This document shows, in pieces, positions 9,289 to 17,161 of a stretch of DNA of 64,000 nucleotides. The stretch spans positions 868 through 64,867 of the forward strand of contig CAVKBL010000009.1 of the NCBI GenBank assembly GCA_963654805.1, given 5' to 3'. Under the pieces are notes generated by a model, which was not told where the DNA came from, did no database searches, and worked only from the letters and a program-made list of their open reading frames with translations. Both the position numbers and the translations under genes were made by a program. Every line of letters begins with the position of its first letter. The stretch's first letter is position 1. Origin of the DNA: Lachnospiraceae bacterium (GTDB lineage Bacteria; Bacteroidota; Bacteroidia; Bacteroidales; UBA932).

Positions 9289-10129
9289 GCGAGTGATATT
9301 TCACAAGTCCTTCGATAGGAGACTTGATGATATTACCCAAACTCATACCGAACTCTGAAGCTACCTCGGCGAGAATGTCCCTATGACAATAGCCTACGGA
9401 GCCTACGCAATTGAGGCTATACTTTCTGTAATCAGGATAAAGAGTTACGATATTCCGGAAAAAATCCCTGAAAGCGCCTACCATCAGATCGTGGCAATAA
9501 GGGATAGTATGTCTATTTTGTCCCACCCATGTGCAGAACTGCGCGCAGTAGCGGTTAGCCTTAGGTTTACGATACACCTGCTCAATTATCTCTTCAGCGT
9601 TCTTGCCGACAAGAGCCTTGACCTTTTCATAAACATCCGAAGGCATGTTTTTTCTCGCATAATCACGCAGCAAAGTTTTTCCTATATATCCTCCACTGCC
9701 CTCGTCTCCCAAGATGAAACCCAGAGAATCGATATTGAGCGTCACCTGAGCTCCATCATAAAGGCAGCTGTTGGTACCCGTTCCAAGAATAGCTGCAAAA
9801 CCGGCGCTGTCACCAAGCAAGGCGCGTGCCGCTGCCAGTAAATCCATAGCTACAAACACCGTATCCGCATTAGGGAATACACCCAGGAGCGTCTCGCGCA
9901 TAAAATCATAGTCGAGTTCACTTACTCCGGCTCCATAAAAATACACTTCCTTTACTTCCCCCGGATTGAAACCGGCAGGAAGATTGGCACGGATGTCGCT
10001 TTGAATGTCAGGACCTGAAATAAAATTAGGATTATAGCCGAGGCTGTTGAAATATGCCGGAACGCCTCCTTCTTTCGGAATATAGGCCCAGTCTGTCTTG
10101 GTGGACCCGGAATCTGCAATCAGTATCAT
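9278..10129 (-). CDS. BadF/BcrAD-family N-acetylhexosamine kinase (MurK-like)
   Basis: MILIADSGSTKTDW, FYGAG, ILGTGTNS, LGFILGDEGSG. Confidence 0.85.
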   Translation of the reverse strand: MILIADSGSTKTDWAYIPKEGGVPAYFNSLGYNPNFISGPDIQSDIRANLPAGFNPGEVKEVYFYGAGVSELDYDFMRETLLGVFPNADTVFVAMDLLAAARALLGDSAGFAAILGTGTNSCLYDGAQVTLNIDSLGFILGDEGSGGYIGKTLLRDYARKNMPSDVYEKVKALVGKNAEEIIEQVYRKPKANRYCAQFCTWVGQNRHTIPYCHDLMVGAFRDFFRNIVTLYPDYRKYSLNCVGSVGYCHRDILAEVASEFGMSLGNIIKSPIEGLVKYHSPRP

Positions 10130-10185
10130 TTTGAAATTATTTTTAATTATTCTTGTCCGTAGCACAATAAAGGTGCCTGCAAAAC

Positions 10186-11388
10186 TTATTTTCTTATTCT
10201 ATAGCCGATGTAGGCGTAATAGAAAATAAAAAGATAGCACGGCAAGCATATCCAGTAGGCAGCCTGATTGCCTATCCCGTCCTTAAGAAACCCGAAAACG
10301 AGCGGAATCAGCGCACCTCCACCGAATGATGCTACCACCAGCGAAGATCCCACCTTTGTAAAACGTCCGAGATCCGTAATGGCCAACGGCCAGATGGCAG
10401 GATTCATCAGTGAACACGCCAGTGCGATGAAAGCCACGCACCAGATGGACACCCGGGCCGGAGTCAGGACAATGAGCAGCGTACCTGTCACCGCAAGCCA
10501 GCAGCATATACGCAGAGCCTTCACCTGTGACATAAAGCGTGGAATGAGAATAATTCCGAGCACATAACCTACCGCCATGCCTATACTTGGCCACAATGCA
10601 TATATCTGAGGATTAGGAAGATGCAGACAAGCGGCATAATCCACGACAGAAGACAGCGCAAGGGTCTCGACTCCGGTATAGAAGAACATGGCCAATGCCC
10701 CCAGAATAAGATGCGGGAACTGCCAGATGCTCGTCTTGCCGGCGGCGTAAGGACAATCCTCTGTCTCGCTTTCATCTTCACCGGCCGCCTTCACCTCCTG
10801 GAGAGGCGCGAAAAGAGTAAGAATGCCCAGAACCACGAAAATTCCGATTATTATTATGAAAGGCGTGGTGATATCGACAAGCTCCGCTTCATCTATGCTC
10901 TTGCCTATGACAGCCGCCAGAAAGACAGGTGCCGCAGCCCAAGCCATGGAATTGCAGATTCCCATCAGACTCATCCTCCTGGCGCCGCTCTCCATAGGTC
11001 CAAGTATGGTAACATATGGATTGATGGCCGTCTGCAGGACAGTATTGGCCACTCCGCTAAGAAACGAAGCGAAGATGAAAAGAGGAAGACTTTCCCCTTT
11101 GGCCGAAGGTATGAACAGGCAGAAAGCGATGGCGAAAAGGGCGAACGAGAGCGACATGGTCCGGCGGTATCCTATCCTGCCTATAATCTTGGCCGCAGGA
11201 TAACTGAACAGCAGAAAGGCGCAGAAAGTGGAGGCTATCAGAAGATACGACATCCCCGAAGACACTTCGAGAGTAGATTGGAGAAGCGGAATAAGATAAC
11301 TGTTGATGCCAAGGGCAAACCCCACGATAAAGAACATCGAACCTATTATCGCGAGAGGAAGGGCATAATTATGGGGTTTATTCATCAT
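10186..11388 (-). CDS. MFS sugar transporter (FucP/GluP/NagP family)
   Basis: About 12 hydrophobic segments; LQTAINPYVTILGP, YTGVE, PAIWPLAITDLG. Confidence 0.88.
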   Translation of the reverse strand: MMNKPHNYALPLAIIGSMFFIVGFALGINSYLIPLLQSTLEVSSGMSYLLIASTFCAFLLFSYPAAKIIGRIGYRRTMSLSFALFAIAFCLFIPSAKGESLPLFIFASFLSGVANTVLQTAINPYVTILGPMESGARRMSLMGICNSMAWAAAPVFLAAVIGKSIDEAELVDITTPFIIIIGIFVVLGILTLFAPLQEVKAAGEDESETEDCPYAAGKTSIWQFPHLILGALAMFFYTGVETLALSSVVDYAACLHLPNPQIYALWPSIGMAVGYVLGIILIPRFMSQVKALRICCWLAVTGTLLIVLTPARVSIWCVAFIALACSLMNPAIWPLAITDLGRFTKVGSSLVVASFGGGALIPLVFGFLKDGIGNQAAYWICLPCYLFIFYYAYIGYRIRK

Positions 11389-11407
11389 TCAAATACATTA
11401 AGCCATG

Positions 11408-12502
11408 TCAGAACGGAAGTTCGGCATAGAGGCCGTTAAAAGTCTGCATCCCTTTCCATACAGGAGTGCCGAAAAGAGCGTTATCGTTGGTCGGGTCACA
11501 TATATACCACTGCCCATCCACATAAATGTGCGGAATGACATGCCCTATTACTGATGAAGAGAAATAGCACTGACCGTGAACATAACGGGCAGGTATACCG
11601 GCAGCGCGGCACATGGCCACCACGGCATGGGCCATATCACAACAGTTTCCCGCCTTGTCCTTTATCGTACCCACGGCGCCCTTCCTGGTATTATAATAGT
11701 TCTCCCACTCCCATTTGTCTCGGGCATATTCGAATATGGCTTCAGCCTTCTCTCTGTCGGCAGTCTTTCCGGAAATGGCCTCCTGCATGGCAGAAACTAC
11801 CGTCCCGTCATCAATCGGGCAATTTTTGGCGCTTCGAAGATAATCTGAACACCACACGCTCACGCTTTCAGGAAGAGCGCTATAATGACGATAATGATCC
11901 ATCACTCTTGCCACACAGACGAGTGCCTGAGCAAAAAGAAGATTTCCCACATACTGCTCACCTTCAGAAGTGTAATTGTACTCTACTGAAGAATCTCCGC
12001 TACGATCATCTTTCCACGTTCGCGTGCCGAAACAGCAATAATTAGGATACGCTCCTACCTTTGCGGCATAGGCATTCATCTTTTCAATGGCCCATTTCAG
12101 AGCCGGAAGAGAGATTTCGTCCTGTTCGAAAGTATTCCACGCCATGGACGAGGCGGAAGAATATTTCGGAATCTCCACATCACTGCATTCCTGCCAGCTG
12201 TCGGGATACTGCTCTATCAGCGAGATTATGGAACAGGCTGCTGAAAAATACTTGGCCTGACTATAATCTACGCCCTCCACATTGACGTAAAGGGGCATCT
12301 CATCCGTCTCGACAAAAGTCTCATAAGCCTGCGATACCGCCTGCAGGAACTCTCCATTCCATGAAGAAGGTGTAAATTCTTGGGGTGACGGTTCATTGCC
12401 TTTTCCGCTGTTTTTAGTGCATGCGCAACCGGCCAAGAGCAAAACGGCTGTCATAAGTATGGCATTGGCACAAAATACAGGATTAAAAAATCTATGATTC
12501 AT
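11408..12502 (-). CDS. Lipoprotein with three pseudomurein-binding-repeat-like units and a transglutaminase-like Cys peptidase domain (methanogen-type)
   Basis: Lipobox LAGC; repeats FVETDEMPLYVNVEG, MNAYAAKVGAYPNY, ARVMDHYRHYSALPESVSV; triad motifs GNCCD, GHV, DPT; AGIPARYVHG; C-terminus LYAELPF. Confidence 0.8.
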   Translation of the reverse strand: MNHRFFNPVFCANAILMTAVLLLAGCACTKNSGKGNEPSPQEFTPSSWNGEFLQAVSQAYETFVETDEMPLYVNVEGVDYSQAKYFSAACSIISLIEQYPDSWQECSDVEIPKYSSASSMAWNTFEQDEISLPALKWAIEKMNAYAAKVGAYPNYCCFGTRTWKDDRSGDSSVEYNYTSEGEQYVGNLLFAQALVCVARVMDHYRHYSALPESVSVWCSDYLRSAKNCPIDDGTVVSAMQEAISGKTADREKAEAIFEYARDKWEWENYYNTRKGAVGTIKDKAGNCCDMAHAVVAMCRAAGIPARYVHGQCYFSSSVIGHVIPHIYVDGQWYICDPTNDNALFGTPVWKGMQTFNGLYAELPF

Positions 12503-12534
12503 ACTGAAGGTTATTAGATGTTGGTTTTCTGGCA

Positions 12535-12562
12535 GACACGGGAGCGGTCAGGCTCCCGTGTC
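12535..12562. other. Intergenic perfect stem-loop without U-tract
   Basis: gacacgggagc-N6-gctcccgtgtc (11-bp stem). Confidence 0.75.
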
Positions 12563-12578
12563 CAATAGATTCTTACTA

Positions 12579-14939
12579 TCAGAAAGTCTCTCCCTGATGA
12601 TACATGTCGAAGTCGAACTGCTGATCCTTGAGCGCGGTGTAAACATTCTCGGTGATATCATTGTCGAGGATGTATTTGTAAGCTCTTGCAAGAATGTAAA
12701 GCTCACGTACCGGTGAGATGAGGCCCACATAACCGTCAAGAACTATGGTACTTCCCGTATCGGTACCGAACTGCTGGAAGTTGCCTATCTTTCCGAGAGG
12801 AGAAGAACACCAGCCATTCTTCACGAACGCACGTCCAAGATGTATGGAAGTAGCCTTCACGATGAACTTAAGACCTACTGTAGAGATAGCTTCTCCATTA
12901 TATGTAACCAGAGAATTGCCGCTGTTATCATATTCATACCACGGAGTGACACCCCAATCACATCCCTTCGTAGCTGAAGGGATCTTGTCGCTAAGCTTGC
13001 ATCCGTCACCGTAAGTAAATTCATCGTTACGTTTCTTCATGGTCTCGATGAAACCTTCACCTTCTTCCGTTACAAGATTAAGGAACGCGCGAACCGCTAT
13101 TTCCCACGCCTGTGCCGAGGTATATTCCGTATCGCCTACCTTGACTGACCATACGCCCCACTTAGGGTCATACTGGTTACCGTCATGACCATAAGGGTTC
13201 CCCGACGGCTCGCCGATAGGAATGAAATGAACATTCTCCCATGCGCTGTTGTTGTCAGTACAATGAACGCCTTCGGCATCCACTTTACCCATACATTCTT
13301 CCCAAAGAGGAAGACACTTTACGAATTCGATGGCGAAATCACGGATGGTAGCTTCGGAAGGCACAACATATTCTGCCTGTTTAACGACTATTTCAAGACC
13401 GTCCGTAACATTTCCGCCCTTGATGATCACCTTGCCTTCACGAGCTTCTCCTGTATTGGACTTCACGCTGACAGTGATTTTTGCAGGAGATGCAGCTTCG
13501 CCTGATACAGGAGAAACTGTAATCCAGTCTGCATTTGCTTCAGCTGTCCAAGCTTTCTTGGCGATAAATGATGCGTCCGTGCTCTTGGCGTCAGCCGAAA
13601 ATTCAAGAGTCTTGGTCTGAAGTTCTATATCCGGCATTTCAACACCATAGAGGTCATAGTCCAATTTAAGATTCTTGACTGCGTCATAGACATTTTCCGT
13701 GATATTGTTCTTGAGAAGATAATCATAGAAACGGCAGAGAACGAGGAACGCACGCATAGAACTGATATATCCGTGGTAAGGTTCCATAACGACAGAGCTG
13801 TCAGGATCTTTTTCAAAATTAAGGAAATTACCTATCTTGCCCAGTTCCGGAGCTCTCTTGAGGAACCAAGGAATAGCACGTACCATAAACGCGATATCGC
13901 ACGGATTTTCTTCAGAGAAATTCATAGGCCCGATTTCTCCGTCATTCGTGCTTTCATACCAAGGATACAATCCCCAGACAGCCCATTCTTCGGTAGCAGG
14001 AATCTTTTCATTAAGCGCCTTTCCGTTACCGAGGGAATGTACAGGAGTATTACGTTCCACTTGCTTGGTTACAGATCCTTCAGGTGTTACAAGATCAAGG
14101 AAGCCTTTGGCTGCCACCACGAAGCATTCTGCGGCAGTATATTCGGTACCTGCCACGGTAATGGTGTGATATGGCTGATATTTGGCGTCATACTGATCCT
14201 TGCCGTCAGCATAAGCTCCACCGCTGTGAGGAATAGGAATGAAATGGACATTCTCCCATACATCACCATTGTCAGTACAGTGGCTGGCGTCGGCGCTGAC
14301 ATTACCGACAGTCTTTTCCCAAATATCAAGATAAGACACCAGAGCCTCGGCGAAGCCCTTCAGCGTAGCTGCTGAGCCCAGATAATCGGTAGATACCGTC
14401 GCAGGAAGTTTGCCGTCTTTCTTATATAGAGCAAGAGTACGGGCAAGAGTAACGGTAGCACGGTTGGTAGAGAAAGCGATGGCGGAGCCGTCCTTATAGA
14501 ACACGGTCTGGTTAGGAATCTGTCCTTTCTCTTTAACGACTGCAAGAATATTGGCGGCTATAGCCTGCACACTCTCATCTCCGGTTACGGCGATGGTCTC
14601 AGCCTCATAACTGTCTCTGTCAGGATGTTCGGCAGCCTTGTAATTGAAAACTTCTACGTCGCCGGAAGTCGTTCCTGCGATAATATTGGATACTACCTTA
14701 CACAGAGCATACTGATACTGAGGCTGTGTAAGTGTCACATCCCCTACATTAAGAGAAGACGGGATGGCCGTAGTGGTCTCCCACTCAGAATACATAGTCG
14801 AAAAGGCTTCGACCAGAGTCTGCTGCGCGATGGTGGCAACAGGTTTAACATCAGATTCCGGTTTCTTTTCTTTATCGCAGGCTGCAAAAAGAGCAACTGC
14901 AGAAACCAGCACGATGAGATAATTCCAAATTTTTCTCAT
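12579..14939 (-). CDS. Surface lipoprotein: PMBR-like repeats plus two copies of an unknown ~250-aa domain separated by a BACON domain (putative surface glycan-binding protein)
   Basis: Lipobox FAAC; WETTTAIPSSLNVG, VKEKGQIPNQTVF, ARTLALYKKDGKLPATVS; duplicated HCTDN..WENVHFIPI; BACON WTAEANADWITVSPVSG...NTGEAREG. Confidence 0.72.
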   Translation of the reverse strand: MRKIWNYLIVLVSAVALFAACDKEKKPESDVKPVATIAQQTLVEAFSTMYSEWETTTAIPSSLNVGDVTLTQPQYQYALCKVVSNIIAGTTSGDVEVFNYKAAEHPDRDSYEAETIAVTGDESVQAIAANILAVVKEKGQIPNQTVFYKDGSAIAFSTNRATVTLARTLALYKKDGKLPATVSTDYLGSAATLKGFAEALVSYLDIWEKTVGNVSADASHCTDNGDVWENVHFIPIPHSGGAYADGKDQYDAKYQPYHTITVAGTEYTAAECFVVAAKGFLDLVTPEGSVTKQVERNTPVHSLGNGKALNEKIPATEEWAVWGLYPWYESTNDGEIGPMNFSEENPCDIAFMVRAIPWFLKRAPELGKIGNFLNFEKDPDSSVVMEPYHGYISSMRAFLVLCRFYDYLLKNNITENVYDAVKNLKLDYDLYGVEMPDIELQTKTLEFSADAKSTDASFIAKKAWTAEANADWITVSPVSGEAASPAKITVSVKSNTGEAREGKVIIKGGNVTDGLEIVVKQAEYVVPSEATIRDFAIEFVKCLPLWEECMGKVDAEGVHCTDNNSAWENVHFIPIGEPSGNPYGHDGNQYDPKWGVWSVKVGDTEYTSAQAWEIAVRAFLNLVTEEGEGFIETMKKRNDEFTYGDGCKLSDKIPSATKGCDWGVTPWYEYDNSGNSLVTYNGEAISTVGLKFIVKATSIHLGRAFVKNGWCSSPLGKIGNFQQFGTDTGSTIVLDGYVGLISPVRELYILARAYKYILDNDITENVYTALKDQQFDFDMYHQGETF

Positions 14940-14965
14940 AAATAAAACATTTTAGTGAATAGTGG

Positions 14966-16315
14966 TTATTGATTGAAATATTCCTTGATATCGGGAAACT
15001 CTCCGAGACCGTAGCGGAAAAGGACTATCCCGGCAGCCTTCGAATCCTTATAGACATTGCAGTCCTTTAGTATTCCTGCCGCATCCATAGGAGTAAGGCC
15101 GTCGTCAGTGCCTTTATAAGTGGTTGTTCCGGCCCAACATTCCGCTCCGTGAGCATTATCGGCAAATCTGTTCGCCACGTTCCGGCAAGCCTCATCGCTA
15201 TAGCCGTAAGAGTAGCGATAGATCATAGGCATCATAATATGGATATAACGTGTCATCTGATCTATGTTCTGCCCATAATAATAGCCGTTCGGAGTCTCAT
15301 CAGGCATAAGAGCGGCAGAAGTAACGAGCCCTTCGTCATAACTGTCACAAAGCTCACGAAGTTCCCTGCAGCAACGCGTTACAGCACCCACTGCATTGAC
15401 TTCAGCAGAAGGGTTATGCTTGGGAGCCGTACCTCCGAAACGGATATAATCCAGATGAAGGCCCTTTACGCCGTATTCTTCGATATAAGATTGGGCATTG
15501 GAGACTATCCTCTCGAACACCTCTTCTTTATAACGGTTGTTCTCGTCGTCTATGGGATTGATCCAACCTCCATTATAAAAGCATTGTATCCACGCATGCA
15601 CGGCAATGCCTTCTCTTTCAGCCGCCTCCAGAAACTTTATCGTAGTCTTTTTTGAGGACTGATTGAAAGCGGCATAATTGAGAATTATGTGATCATAGCC
15701 TTTGGCCTTGAGAGACTTCAGCTCTGCACAATCATCCGCCATAAGGCTCGGGATATGACTGCTCCAGGTCCATACGCCGGCACGGACAGTACCTTCAAGG
15801 CTGAATATGGCATTCTCAGCCGCTTTGCTGGAATAAGTAAGAGCACGCCACTGCGCTCCGCCGTCAGGAATTCTCTGATAACTGCCACGTGCCGTCAACG
15901 CATGGGCTTTCGTAAATTCTGCGTCTCTCGTGAATTCATCTATGGCCTTGCCCGTAGCGCTTGCGGCGAGTTTGAGCGTAAAGTCTGCGTCCGATGACAT
16001 GCCGGTAAGCAGCGTCTCATCTTCAGTAGAAAGTACCAGACGTTCTCCTGCGGCAAGGGATGTGCCTTCCGGAGCGGTATAAATGCACTTGCGTGAAAAA
16101 TACTGGTCGCTGAGATATAGTCCGACCCCCGACAGATCGACGCTTCCGGAGCCGGAGTTCAGAAGTTCCACCCAGCTGTTGGCGTCAGTGATCTCGTCAT
16201 GGGCGGCTATCTCGTTAATGACCAGGCCCTCCCATTTGGCGATATCGTTCTTCGAATCCTGACCGCAGGCTGCAAGCAGAAGTACAGGGAGAAGATATGA
16301 TAGGTTCCTGCGCAT
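14966..16315 (-). CDS. Lipoprotein: lamin-tail-like domain plus putative TIM-barrel glycoside hydrolase (GHL10/DUF4015-like, methanogen-type)
   Basis: Lipobox LAAC; LVINEI..WVELLN (LTD); VHAWIQCFY, GLHLDYIRF, SAALMP, YYYGQ, MPMIY, GIVLFRYGL. Confidence 0.78.
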   Translation of the reverse strand: MRRNLSYLLPVLLLAACGQDSKNDIAKWEGLVINEIAAHDEITDANSWVELLNSGSGSVDLSGVGLYLSDQYFSRKCIYTAPEGTSLAAGERLVLSTEDETLLTGMSSDADFTLKLAASATGKAIDEFTRDAEFTKAHALTARGSYQRIPDGGAQWRALTYSSKAAENAIFSLEGTVRAGVWTWSSHIPSLMADDCAELKSLKAKGYDHIILNYAAFNQSSKKTTIKFLEAAEREGIAVHAWIQCFYNGGWINPIDDENNRYKEEVFERIVSNAQSYIEEYGVKGLHLDYIRFGGTAPKHNPSAEVNAVGAVTRCCRELRELCDSYDEGLVTSAALMPDETPNGYYYGQNIDQMTRYIHIMMPMIYRYSYGYSDEACRNVANRFADNAHGAECWAGTTTYKGTDDGLTPMDAAGILKDCNVYKDSKAAGIVLFRYGLGEFPDIKEYFNQ

Positions 16316-16318
16316 AAC

Positions 16319-17149
16319 TTAAGCCTTTATGACGCCTTCCTCGCGAAGCCCTTTTTCAGCCTCGGTCAATCCGCCGTATTTCTTTATCGCCGCTTCGCAC
16401 ACTTCGTAGGTAAGAGCCGGATTACGCTCCACCATAGTACGTGTAAGACGGTCGATGACCTTGTTGTTGATAAGATGGGCGTGAACCATCCTGTTGCCCT
16501 CGACTCTGCCGAGGCGGCACATTATGGTGGTGCTTATCATGTCACAGATAAGCTTCTGTGAAGTGCCGGACTTCATTCGCGTGCTTCCCGTTATGAATTC
16601 AGGACCGGTGATGACCTCTACAGGATAATCGGAATAATCAGAAATGGGGGATCCCGGGTTATTGACGAAAGAGCCTGTAGGAATACCATGTTCGCGACAT
16701 GCTTTGAGCGTGGCCAGCACATAAGGAGTGTTACCGCTCGCGGAGATGCCCACCACGATATCTTTCGGACAGATGTTCTTCTCCTGCAGAAGCCTCCATC
16801 CTTCCTGTACATCATCTTCCATCTCTTCCAGGTCGAGAACCAGATTCTCCACCCCGCCTGCAAGAATGCACTGAATCATATCAGGAGACACACCATAAGT
16901 ATTCGGAATCTCCAGCATATCCAGAACGGCGAGCTTGCCGCCTGTTCCGGCCCCGCAATAAAACATTCTTCCTCCCTCGCGCAACTGCCCTTCAATGGCG
17001 CTTACCAGCTTTTCAAGTTCCGGAAGCACCTTCTCTATCGCAAGAGGGACCTTCTTGTCCTCCTCATTAATTTCGCGCAACAGTTCCGCTACGCTTTTTT
17101 TCTCCAAATGGTCGTGCAATGACGGCTGTTCTGTAAGTCTTAATGCCAT
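16319..17149 (-). CDS. murQ: MurQ-family sugar-phosphate etherase (divergent)
   Basis: TEQ, GGRMFYCGAGTGG, VVGISASGNTPYV, GPEFITGSTRMKSGTSQKL, RLGRVEGNRMV. Confidence 0.85.
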   Translation of the reverse strand: MALRLTEQPSLHDHLEKKSVAELLREINEEDKKVPLAIEKVLPELEKLVSAIEGQLREGGRMFYCGAGTGGKLAVLDMLEIPNTYGVSPDMIQCILAGGVENLVLDLEEMEDDVQEGWRLLQEKNICPKDIVVGISASGNTPYVLATLKACREHGIPTGSFVNNPGSPISDYSDYPVEVITGPEFITGSTRMKSGTSQKLICDMISTTIMCRLGRVEGNRMVHAHLINNKVIDRLTRTMVERNPALTYEVCEAAIKKYGGLTEAEKGLREEGVIKA

Positions 17150-17161
17150 AAATATCTAATT

